From Octopus sinensis (taxonomy: Eukaryota), in NCBI RefSeq assembly GCF_006345805.1, contig NC_042998.1, positions 192,014,001 through 192,078,000 of the forward strand: a stretch of DNA of 64,000 bases, read 5' to 3'. The notes below the pieces were generated by a model. The model had not been told where the DNA came from. It made no database searches and worked only from the letters and a program-made list of their open reading frames with translations. Both the position numbers and the translations under genes were made by a program. Below are positions 40,178 through 52,096 of this stretch, in pieces (position 1 is the stretch's first letter; each line of letters begins with the position of its first letter).

Positions 40178-40411
40178 AAGGCGGCGTGCTGGCAGAACCG
40201 TTAGCACGCCGGGTGAAATGCGTAGCCGTATTTCGTCTGCCGTTACGTTCTGAGTTCAAATTCCGCCGAGGTCGACTTTGCCTTTCATCCTTTAGGGGTC
40301 GATAAAATTAAGTACCAGTTACGCAGTGGGGTCGATGTAATCGACTTAATCCGTTTGTCTGTCCTTGTTTGTCCCCTCTATGTTTAGCCCCTTGTGGGTA
40401 ATAAAGAAACA
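40178..40411 (+). mobile_element. SINE group B
   Basis: Family sequence; TSD tattgtaagggYctt (15 bp). Confidence 0.95.
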
Positions 40412-40534
40412 TATTGTAAGGGTCTTTTAAGGAACACATACAATAGATAAGATGCAGTCAACCCGCTCTTCTTAATGATGAAACTGAGTAACGTCTCCCT
40501 ATAGTATTCCCAATACAGACGGTATCATTCAGAG

Positions 40535-40640
40535 TTAGGTCTTGGATCAGGTTTGAAACAAGGTCGCTTACTCAATGAGCTCAGATTTCGAGACGTAGAT
40601 GCGAAAGCCATTGCTGAGACCAAAATTCCTGGATCACATA
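40535..40640 (+). pseudogene. degraded APE endonuclease N-terminus of a LINE ORF2 (Tx1/L1-like)
   Basis: Translates GLGSGLKQGRLLNELRFRDVDAKAIAETKI, like APE motifs NxRGL..K..L..D..I.ETK. Confidence 0.5.
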
Positions 40641-41040
40641 CAACTCCATTCTAGACGATTACTTCTGCATCTTTTGTACTGTGCGTAGAGATGGAAACAA
40701 ATTTGATTGCCACTTACTTTTCGGTAATGTCCTAACTTTTAACATGTCAGTCTTTTAAATGTAAAAAAATATTTTTGTGAATAAAAGAATGAATCACTAC
40801 AATCTGCTGTATGAGTAATGTCTATTCAATTTGTTGTAAAATTGCCGTATAGATTTAACAATTACCTCAATGCTTCGGAACAACCAGAAAATTCTGTATC
40901 ACTTTCTTTTAGATTCTAGGAGGAGAAAAGCTGTACTATTTATAATATACGATCGGTATATTATAAATATCCATGAATTCTCACTGAAACATATTTCACA
41001 CATTCTCAAATATATATATATATGTATATATATATATATG

Positions 41041-41077
<37 letters not shown>

Positions 41078-41081
41078 ATTT

Positions 41082-41312
41082 AGGCGGCAAGCTGGCAGAA
41101 ACGTTAGCGCGCCGGGCGAAATACTTAGCGGTATTTCGTCTGTCGTTACGTTCTGAGTTCAAATTCCGCCGAGGTCGACTTTGACTTTCATCCTTTCGGG
41201 GTCTATAAATGAAGTACCAGTTCATCACTGGGGTCAATGTAATCGACTTAATCCCTTTGTCTGTCCTTGTTCGTCCTTTCTATGTTTAGCTCCTTGTGGG
41301 CAGTAAAGAAAT
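41082..41312 (+). mobile_element. SINE group B
   Basis: Family sequence inserted in TA/TG repeats. Confidence 0.92.
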
Positions 41313-41636
41313 ATATATGGGTGTATGTGTGTGTATGTGTATGTGTAAATTTGTGTGTTGAAATAGATATTATTATATTTTGGGACGGTAATTTGTTTGC
41401 CAAATAAATACACGCACTATATATTTGTTCTTCACTTGTATATTACTGTTCTTAATCTAACTCTGGACATGAGTCAGAATAAGAACAGTGATAAACGAGT
41501 AAAGAACGAAATATAGTGCGTGTGTTTATCTGGTAAAGGAAAAAAATTACCATCCCTAAATACAACAATTATACATATGCCGCTGTATTTCGGGATGGTC
41601 ATTTTTCGTATGTATGGTATCTGTATAATATATATA

Positions 41637-41667
<31 letters not shown>

Positions 41668-41896
41668 ACCAAAATATGGGGGTTTATTCACAGGTGATCT
41701 AATAAAAGATAAGATATGCTAGGTAGTACTGTAACGGATTACTAGGGCTCCGAGGTTACAGCCGAGACGGTAGTTATGGAGCCATTGCAGACTTCCGATA
41801 TAGCGGATATAAAATTGTTGTAGAGAGAACAACAAATGTTACGGCAAGGTAAACATCTCAAGTCATATATTTTATTAATATTGGGGAAAAAAATCA

Positions 41897-41952
41897 GTCT
41901 TACAGCTGTTTCTGGGATATCCCAGAGTATGGAATATTCCGTCATCAGAGAC
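41897..41952 (-). ncRNA. minimal type I hammerhead ribozyme, canonical core
   Basis: Minus strand: gtct-CTGATGA-c-ggaatattcc-atactct-gggatatccc-a-GAA-acagctgt-A-agac; palindromic stem III; GUA site. Confidence 0.72.
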
Positions 41953-42263
41953 AAATAGGAAAATGAGAAGGGTATAGATTAATGAAATGATGACATATAG
42001 TACAGGAGTAAAGGATTAAGGTGATGAGGAAAGAGAAGAGAAAAGAAGCATAAAAGTTCACAGTTCAACATTCTGATCTTGTAGAAATAAGGGTGCAATC
42101 CTGCATAAACCCATGGGGGTTAAAGTGGTGATATTGTAAACATCCCTAAAGAATATTAAATGTTTGCCTGAAACACAACGGGCTTGTCCTACAGAAAATG
42201 TTTCCGGTTACTGTTGTTACCCCTGTGTATATATGTGTGTGTGTATATATATTTATATATATA

Positions 42264-42818
42264 CATTACTGTCAGAAATTAATTAGCACCCTTGATTTGC
42301 TCACCATGAAGCATGGTGGGGGTGGTCTGATGGTGTGAGGGGCATTCAGCTACAGTGTGTTGGGGTAGCTCTATGCCGTCGAAGGCAACATCAACGCAGC
42401 AAAGTACGTTGAGATAGTACGGGATACCTCTTGGTGGCCAGGAGTACTCTGGCCAGTCACCTGACCTGAACCTATGAGAACTCTGAGTCGATGGGTAGGA
42501 TTTGAATGTGCAGCAATACAGGAACCGACACGAGCTGTTTGGGGCACTTCTTGCTGCATGAGGGGCCATCCCTGCACAGTACCTGCAGGCCACTCATAAA
42601 CAGCATGCCGACCCCGCTAGCAGCTGTCATTGCTGCCAAAGGAGGAGCAGCAACAAGATATGACTAAATTTCACGATTAAACACCATATGTGTGTGGTGT
42701 GCTGGGATATGTTTAATAATTTTGATTTAAAAACGAATTCGTTTCTGATAATAAGTTAATTAAATTAAGAAAATGTAAGAAAATGTAGAAATTTGAGAAG
42801 TGCTAATTAATTTACACA
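42264..42818 (+). mobile_element. Tc1-like transposon remnant
   Basis: TIR cores aaattaattagcac / gtgctaattaattt; peptides TMKHGGGGLMV*GAFS, VEGNINAAKYVEI, SPDLN-like, SMPTR*xAVIAAKGG. Confidence 0.85.
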
Positions 42819-43781
42819 CATATATATATATATATATGTATGTATGTATGTATATGCATGTAAAAGTTAGAGTTGTTTAAAGCTTGTAATTGATAGATAT
42901 ATCCAAAGGCACTTCTGGTAATTACCTCAGTAGGTATAGTCCTTGGTAACAGGTATACGGCAGCAGGTAGTTTAATTTATATGGAGGAAAAATAACAATA
43001 ACAAGTGTGTCTTTTGCGCTATGAAGCCAATATTTAATTAGTTGATGGTAAACATCATCAGGACGAAAAAGTCAGAAGTAGAGAAGAGCAAAAGGTAAAG
43101 TGATACATCGGAAAAGAAAATGACCAAAGATTCGAAAGTCTTACATTATAGTTAGGTTCAATGTTCTTTAAAACCGTTGTGAGGTTTAAGAAGAATAGAA
43201 GTTAGTTGAACCTTTGGTCTCGTGGTCATTTAATAGCATGTCTTAAAGTTTTCTGTGACTTCTGTGGATTGACCGGCGGTGTAATGTAAGGGAGTTAACT
43301 CTAAACGGATAACCGGTGCGAAGGATCTATGTGTCAGTAAGTCATAGGTTGTAGGCGGTTCGCATTTTTAAAGGAAGCCGTATATAAGTGTAAAGTATAA
43401 ATCGAGCTTCGGTCCGATCTAGCGTGTAGGGAGACTCGTTACCGTAATAATATTTAGTTAGGAAGAGTGCAAAGAGACAGGGGGTTGGAAGAGGACAATT
43501 TGCGTGTAAGTAATGTTGGTGGTTCTCGACTAAAAATAATTATAGGAATAAACAGGCTAGAGTAGGATGTAGAATAGGTATATAATTATTGGTTTATAAT
43601 GTAGGTTTCGAGTAGTGTAACGTAGAATATGGATTGGGTATATTATTTATTTATTCATTTATAATGTAGGCTTGGATTAGTGTATGCTAGTTAGGTTAGC
43701 AATAGGTTAAGGGGAGTTAATGTGCTGATAAGTAGGTCTGCTAGTAGGGGAGGTAGTGATGTGTACAGGATTGAGTGTGTT

Positions 43782-44012
43782 TAATGAAACTTTGGGAAGA
43801 CAAATTGGCCTATATGTAGACAAAATCTATTATTTTCATATTTCCTATTGCGGACAGGCGGTTTAGCCATTAATATTTGGAGGCGTTCTGTTAAACAAAG
43901 ATCACACCGCTTATTGGTAGTGTTAGAAAACGGTGTTTTTGCTAGAATACGCCATTCAAATCTATAACTGATTTTTTTTATCCTTTAATTCCCAGATGTA
44001 GCTACTAAGCGT
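43782..44012 (-). pseudogene. Penelope-like element GIY-YIG endonuclease C-terminal region
   Basis: With one frameshift in an A run: TLSSYIWELKDKK/ISYRFEWRILAKTPFSNTTNKRCDLCLTERLQILMAK..NRKYENNRFCLH..*. Probable 3' non-coding part continues to about 42880. Confidence 0.78.
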
Positions 44013-44155
44013 ATATATACATAAATATTCCTTTTCAACCTTTTATATGTTCGTTTTCAACCATCTACATATATTTATATATACATACATATATAAAGTT
44101 AAATAATGAGGGTAGAAATTGATGTTAATCAATTAAAACAATTGGCTTCAGATTT

Positions 44156-44191
<36 letters not shown>

Positions 44192-44204
44192 TAATAATAA
44201 TAAT

Positions 44205-44988
44205 AGAGAAGCTCAGGACTCAAAGCAGAAACAGAGGGATTTTTAATTGCAGCACAAGACCAAAGCCTCCCCACCAGAAATTACCAAAAACATGTAATGA
44301 AAAGAAATATTACAAGTAACTGCAGAATATGTGGAGATGGACAAGAAACAATAAATCATATTATCTCTAGCTGCCAGTCCTGGCTAAGAAGGAATATATT
44401 CACAGACATGACAGAGTTGGAACTTACATACATTGGAAGCTATGCCAACATTATGGAATAACAAAGAAAAAAGATGGTATAGGCACACCACCAGAAAAGG
44501 TCACAGAAAACGAGAAAGCAACCATACTCTGGGATATGCCGATACACACAGATAGAGAAATTAAGGCCAACAGACCAGATATAGTTGTCAGAGACCATGA
44601 AGAAAAAAAAATGCTTTCTAATTGATGTATCAGTACCGGCAGATGACAACGTGTCTCTAAAAGAAATGGAGAAACTCTCAAAATACAAAGACCTGGAAAT
44701 AGAGGTAACTAGAATGTGGAATCTGAAAACAGAAACAATCCTATCATAGTAGGTGCATTAGGCAAGATAAAAAAATATTCAGACAAATACATAACAAAAA
44801 CACCAGGACTTACAAACACATATAACATACAGAAAATTGCACTACTAGGCACTGCACACATCCTACGCAGAACACTTTCCATACAATAACCATCAGAGCA
44901 TCACAACAAATCACAGCACATACCCAAGGCACACAGAGCTGCGCTCGGTAGTGAAGTGAAAGCACGCTATAAAAATAAAAATAAAACT
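44205..44988 (+). mobile_element. 5'-truncated Dong/R4-clade non-LTR retrotransposon
   Basis: [94 protein letters not shown] (CCHC plus restriction-like endonuclease); several 1-nt frameshifts; stop at 44887-44889; abuts (TAA)n. Confidence 0.93.
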
Positions 44989-45041
44989 ACAATTGGCTTC
45001 AGCTTTTATATAATAATAATAATAATAGTAATAATAATAAC

Positions 45042-45092
<51 letters not shown>

Positions 45093-45204
45093 AATTTAAG
45101 GGAATATTATTCCTGACTTACAGGGAAAAATTCAATTTAGAAATACTAAATCAAATTTCATAAAATATAATATATATATATATATATATAAAACCACATT
45201 TTAT

Positions 45205-45469
45205 CAATTCAAAATGAACAATTAAATTACACCATCTAGAAAAATTACATATAATAGAAATATAAAAAATAAAATAACAATAATATACCGATGGTTAAGT
45301 AAAATTGCAAAATAATAATTAAAAAATAATAAAGACCTAAATATTTACGTTTTTATTATTATTTTGCAATTTTACTTAACCATCGGTATATTATTGTTAT
45401 TTTACTTTTTATATTTCTATTATATGTAATTTTTCTAGATGGGTTAATTTAATTGTTCATTTTGAATTG
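45205..45469. repeat. AT-rich long inverted repeat (about 115-bp arms) between TA tracts
   Basis: caattcaaaatgaac..aaaataataat pairs with attattattttgc..gttcattttgaattg. Confidence 0.88.
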
Positions 45470-45472
45470 CTG

Positions 45473-45503
<31 letters not shown>

Positions 45504-45507
<4 letters not shown>

Positions 45508-46100
45508 TAAGCAATAAAGGGTTTAGCAACGAATTGCCTTACCACATACCGAATTTAGAAATAGCAGTCAAAGAGTTATAGCTATTTCTTCTACTAAAAA
45601 GGGAGATCTCAGTAAAAACAGCAATTGGAAGGCAGACACAAACAGGTAAGAGAGAATGAATTGGCGGCAATCTATCATACAATTTTAAGTTATCTACGGA
45701 CGCACGTTTCGAAATCAAGTTTTTAGGAAAGCATAAGAATTAAATATTAAATAATTCTACCTTACCAAAACTTCCTTTCTCTTCAGCGTAGAATACTATA
45801 ATCATAAATGATTATATATTGAATTTTGAGATACTAGAAGGCACCAACTCAACTCAGTATCAGAGCGAGCTAGAATCCGCAACTAGTATCCCCAAATCCA
45901 AAGTGTGAATGAAAAGATTGTGTCACCAGCCCCTTCCCACCCGCGTGTAGCCAAAACAAGATGCTGTGGTCATCTACTGAGATAAAATATGGTTATCCGT
46001 AATAATGAAGGGTGAAATTAATTAATTTGGAATAATTATCAATTACACGATAATTATTCCAAATTAATTAATTTCACCCTTCATTATTACGGATAACTAT
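45504..46100 (-). mobile_element. Penelope-like element terminus with hammerhead and terminal fold-back
   Basis: Bounded by (TA)n on both sides; hammerhead at 45693-45792; perfect 49-bp inverted repeat 45992-46040 / 46049-46097; first ~62 bp recur at about 48177-48238. Confidence 0.7.
45693..45792 (-). ncRNA. type I hammerhead ribozyme with extended stem II
   Basis: Minus strand: tctacg-CTGAAGA-gaaa..(long imperfect stem II)..tttc-GAA-acgtgcgt-C-cgtaga; 6-bp stem I, intact core, GUC site. Confidence 0.82.
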
Positions 46101-46110
46101 ATATATATAG

Positions 46111-46145
<35 letters not shown>

Positions 46146-46173
46146 ATATATATCATTTGATATATATATATAT

Positions 46174-46388
46174 CATTTGATTGCGGCCGTGCTGGAGCAC
46201 CGCCTTTAGTCGAACAAATCGACCCCAGCACTTATTCATTGTGAGCCTAGCACTTATTCTATCGGTCTCTTTTGCCGAACCACTAAGTTACGGGGACGTA
46301 AACACACCAACATCGATTGTCAAGCGATGGTAGGGAACAAATACAGATACACAAACGCACGCGCACACACACAGACACACACACACAC

Positions 46389-46448
<60 letters not shown>

Positions 46449-46608
46449 CGACGGATTTCTTTCAGTTTCCATCTACCAAATCCACTCACAAGGGTTTGGC
46501 CGGCCCAAGGCTATATTAGAAGATACTTGCCCAAGGTGCCACGCAGTGCGACTGAACTCGGAACCATGTGGTTGGTAAGCAGGCTTCTTACCATACAGCT
46601 ACTCCTGC
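46174..46608 (-). mobile_element. SINE group C, more diverged
   Basis: Family sequence; extreme tail missing. Confidence 0.9.
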
Positions 46609-47810
46609 TACAAGAATTAAGGAATGGAGTATATAAGATCCGTGCTATATATGTTTCAATTATTAGAATTTCAGGATCTATAATACTTATTGACACTTTT
46701 ATACATATGAAGAATTAACCTTTAATTTTTTTTGTATTTCAGATATCATATTAGACTATAATAGATTATACGAGATCTATCATAATCTATCATACCAGAT
46801 CTATCATAATCGACTATATACGAACTTTCATAGAAAGCATCACCTTAAATATTGCACAAAAATCAGCTTTGCTATCAATTATTAAGATCATATCAATAAT
46901 TTAAACTATAATAATTCATCACAGAAGAAATGACATAGAGATGTATGTGTAATCTGGTTTAAATTTTTAAATTAAGGCGAATATCTGTCTTCTATTTGTA
47001 TCTATGATGGACTGATAAGAGATTACGCGGTAGTCATGGCAATTTTTTGAAAACTAGCTCTGTGTCTGAACACTAAAGATTCTTTATTATATTTATAAAC
47101 TGAAAATTCAGCCTATATTCACGGGAAAATTCAGAAGTGGAGGAGATATTCTGTAAGCCATTTGGGAACCAAACAAGCATCTTTCACCTTTCAACAGAAT
47201 ATGTTGGATAAAAGACCTCCCAGAGTTCTCATTATTTCAAGGCACCAGTTTTAAATTGCTTTCTGTCTATGTTGAGATCTCACTTAGTAACCTATAGCCA
47301 GTTACAAATATGCTCTTGTATACGGTGTGTTCTTTAATATAAAATATACACACATTGAATTGACACAAATATTATTATAAACAAGTAAGAATAAATTAAA
47401 TTCAAGAAAATATTCTCCATATTTAAGCATTTTAGACCATTTTTATATGCAAATGATTATTTGTAATTAATATTTCTTAAATCTTGTATTTAATTATTCA
47501 ACAAAACCACAGATCATCATTCGATTCCTCCAACTGTATGAAATGCTTACATTTCATTGTATTAGAGGGAGAATAATAGAATGTAAAGTTTCCACATTTT
47601 TTATAGCTGTTGTGGAAACAATCAGTGTTGTCATATTATTTACGCATGAACAGTGGTTTATTCAGATTTATTATTAGCATTTTGATTAATGCCTTATGAA
47701 GTAACATAACCTAAACATGTGTATACAACGCTACTATCTCTGAATACAACGGAATTATAAAAACAGTATTTTCGCTTTCCCTTTTTTGCACCTCTCTCTC
47801 TCTCTCTCTT

Positions 47811-47866
<56 letters not shown>

Positions 47867-47871
47867 TATAT

Positions 47872-47929
<58 letters not shown>

Positions 47930-48103
47930 TAATTAGAGATAAAACCACTATTAGGCAAATCAAACAATGAAAAACATTAACCAAAACGTAAAAATAAAAA
48001 TAATTAATATAATATACAAAATATACAAAATATAAAATTTAAAAATTTAAATTATTTAAATTTAAAATTAAAATTATTAATTTATATTTATAAATTTATA
48101 TAC

Positions 48104-48178
<75 letters not shown>

Positions 48179-48289
48179 CTAAGCAATAAAGGGTTTAGCA
48201 ACGAATTGCCTTACCACATACCGAATTTAGAAATAGCATATATATATATATATATATTATATAATATATATATATTATATATATAAATA

Positions 48290-48331
<42 letters not shown>

Positions 48332-48338
48332 ATAAATA

Positions 48339-48377
<39 letters not shown>

Positions 48378-48422
48378 TATATATTATATATATATATAAA
48401 TATATTTATATTATATATATAT

Positions 48423-48458
<36 letters not shown>

Positions 48459-48954
48459 GTTCTTGTATTTTGTTTACAAAATTCTCTATCTGAATACGTG
48501 TGTTGAAACATATTGGTGTATCTCAGGAAAGACATTATGCCAATAATTACCACACGCATTGGTTCTGTTTCACTGCGTTTTATTCAATATTAATCTATTA
48601 GTTAATGAATTAACCACTGAATCAACTGTCAATTAAAACTAAGGAAGTTAAGCAGAACCAATGCGTGTGTTTATTACTTACACAATGGCTCCACCCACAT
48701 ACAGCGATATATGTGTGTGTCTGTGTGTGTGTGCGTGCTTGTGTAAGTATGTATGTATATATGTATATATATCAATGCATGCGTGTCTGTGCACTGCATG
48801 TATATGTGTAAACATGTTAATTTTATCATCATTCGTTAACAAGTTACGTATACATACAAGAATATAGAATTAGCACTAAACCTCACAACAAACATTAGAC
48901 CTTATGACCTCTGAACTGAAGAGTTGACCCCCTGTACATATATATATATGAACA

Positions 48955-49552
48955 ACAGAGATTGGGAAAATGATGTTTTAGATCGGACCAAGTTGAGAGC
49001 TGCTGTTAGGACTTGTTGCAATTAATGGGAGGAAAATGCTTAGCAGAATTTCGTGCATCCTTAAATTCTGGGAGGAAAAGATTATTCAGCATTCTGAACG
49101 TTAAAGGACCTGTCGCAAAGGAACAATTGGAACTGTAATCGACAGTGAATATTCGATATGTTAATATACGTGACCATATTCTGTTATCAAAAGCCTGATT
49201 CGTGAATCATATGAAGTCACTTGAAAATCGTAATGTCCCGATAGGCAATGATCTTGAATACCAACCGCCTCTTACGATATGCGTCATATGTCACAAAACT
49301 TGTATGGCAATATCTGGACTTAAAAGACATATGCTAGTTCATAAAAACGTTCCTTCAGAATTAGATTCCAAAGGGCAAAGACGTAGAAGAAACTTGAATG
49401 ATATCTGTTACTTGTTTTAAAACCTGTCAGTCAGCAGCTTGTCTTTAAAGTTATCTAAAGGCTCATCAACAGAATGATTGTGATGTTGTGCTGTGTGAAG
49501 GGATGTGGTGTATGTATTGATGGGACCGTTATAATCTCTCAAGAGAAGCAAT
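48955..49552 (+). pseudogene. 3' remnant of an RTE-like LINE with C-terminal C2H2 fingers
   Basis: WENDVLDRTKLRAAVR resembles the RTE C-terminal W..A.DR..WR motif; followed by CVICHKTCMAISGLKRHMLVH and two degraded finger-like segments; flanked by TA tracts. Confidence 0.65.
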
Positions 49553-49610
<58 letters not shown>

Positions 49611-50220
49611 GTATGTATATATATATATATGTATATATGTATGGATGTATGTATTAAATATATATATACAAGTATATATATATATATATGTATATATGTT
49701 GGATGTATGTATTAAATATATATATACAAGTATAATATATATATGTATATATATATATATATATATCTCGTTTGGCTTAACAGCCCTTCTTGTTTGTGCT
49801 ACTGTTATTCTCCGTGTCCTGTCTTTTACTGTTTATATTTTGTACTGTCGTTACTATCCTGTTTTTGTTACCATTTTTACCCCTCCGCAAAAAAATCTCA
49901 AATTTTATTTAATTTGATTTTCGCGGGAAGGAAAATTTCATGAAGACATGTATCGCCTTGACCTTCGAAACGTGGAGTAGATGAAATTAAGGCGACTGAA
50001 GAAGGGGAATTTTCCTTGTTTTGTATGTCCTGTACTTTATTTTTTCGTTGTTTTAAAAAAAATGTCCATTTCCTTGGTTTTGTGTTTATGTTTTCGTTTC
50101 TCATTGCGTTCGACGTTTTTTTGGTGTCCTATACCCATATATGCATGTATATATACATGTAGAGGTAAGTACGTACATATATGTATGTATATATGCATAT
50201 ATTTTATTTATTTATTAATT

Positions 50221-50271
<51 letters not shown>

Positions 50272-50745
50272 ATACGTGCTTGTGTGTTTGAGAGTGCGTG
50301 CGTGTGTGTTAGAAAGAAGAAAAAACAGTAAAAAGAAAAGAAAAAAACTCAATTTTGAACACAAAAAACAACCAGAAACGAAAAAAATGTTTTTAAACTT
50401 TAGTAACAGTCTTCTACCAGGATTCTGAAACTGCATTTCCAAATCACCATACAGACACCAGTTGCTGACATCACCCACCTCCAATTCAATGAAATTCTAG
50501 AAATACCAGTTGCTGACGTCACCTAACTGTAGACCAATCAAAATCGAACTTCAGCAAATACAACGAAATGAGCCTTTAAGAGAACCAACCAACCGGAGCG
50601 ACTTATGACCGTATCCACAAGGAAACCAACCAAGCAGAACGACGAGCTTGACCACGGGAAACAAAACGTCATCAGGATTTTAACTAACCAAAAATCAGAT
50701 TCGCTCGCGGAAAAAATTATAAATTCATCTCACCCCAAAACATAT

Positions 50746-50979
50746 CTATTTCTTTACTACCCACAAGGAGCTAAACACAGAGAGGACAAACAAGGACAGA
50801 CAAACGGATTAAGTCGATTATATCGACCCTAGTGCGTAACTGGTACTTACTTTATCGACCCCGAAAGGATGAAAGGCAAAGTCGGCCTCGGCTGAATTTG
50901 AACTCAGAACATAACGGCAGACGAAATACTGCTAAGCATTTCGCCCGACGTGCTAACGTTTCTGTCAGCTCGCCACCTT
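50746..50979 (-). mobile_element. SINE group B
   Basis: Family sequence; imperfect TSD tctcaYcccaaaaYata. Confidence 0.92.
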
Positions 50980-51054
50980 TCTCATCCCAAAATATACCAT
51001 TACAAGCGAAAGCGTGTATTAGAAGAGGATCAGAGAAACTGTAAACCAAATTCC

Positions 51055-51110
51055 CTTTTTTTCCCCTAGTTTCAGCTCAGAGCTGCGGACATGCTGATGC
51101 ACCGCCGTTT
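51055..51110 (-). mobile_element. isolated LINE/SINE-C-type 3' tail
   Basis: Minus strand ggcggtgcatcagcatgtccgcagctctgagctgaaactag, similar to the SINE-C tail. Confidence 0.6.
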
Positions 51111-52096
51111 TACTATTTTCATTTCACACTTTTTTTTTTTTTTCAGTATGACTTGTCGACCACTACTGAAATTAATGAACTTTGTACATTCAAACAAACT
51201 GATAAAGTTTTAACTTTATTGATTGCTATGAACATTCAAATTTACACCTTCTGTTTTGAACATGTTAATTTATCAGCATTGAAACATTTTAGTTTGTCAA
51301 TATTGGAAACGTTTTAATTCGTCACTATTGAAACTTTTAAAGATGTTTTTTTCTAATTTTAAACTTTTACCATTGATAAGCAAAAAATATTGTTGAAACT
51401 AGTTTAGTATATATGTAAATCAATGCATTTTAAACATTTACGAGTTTTTGAAATTTAGGTGCATTTTCAACAACACATTTTCCTATATTTTTTCCTACGT
51501 GGTAACCCCACCCTCTCTTCCATCAAAAACAGAGATTGCCAATTATTCAGTTTGAAAAACTTCTACTGATTGTACACCACCGCTCTAAAGTGATGGACAT
51601 ATTGCTCTTACCCACAAAGATAATTACATGTTACATTATCACACTTTTGGTTCTCTTAAAGGGTCATTTCGTTGTATTCACTGAAGTTCGGTTTTGATTG
51701 GTCTGGAATTAGATGACATTACTAGTCTCCATAAGGTCGACATAAAAGCGACACATCACAACAAATCCTCAATGGAATTCCATTTCCAATGACCAATGTT
51801 CTGTTTTATATGCATTTTATGTGTATCTCTTGAGTCATTACCATTTATATATATTTTCTCGGACACCTTTATATTTTTATGTATACCTTCTCGTGATTAT
51901 TAGTTAGAATCATTATTTGGTGGTTCCGTGACTTACTAGTAACAAGAAAGTTTGATTTACTAGTAGGAAGGAACAAGGGAAATACGAGGTGTTATCATAC
52001 CAATAGACTTTATTCCTCACTCCATTGCATCAGGAATTAATGCAGAAACAGTTTGGAATTTTAAGGAAAATAATTGCAAACACGCTAAGAACATGT

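Noticed and set aside
49925-50010. cgaaacg and ctgaaga motifs as another hammerhead
   Set aside because: Could not build consistent stems I-III in a valid order; at most a decayed Penelope-like end.
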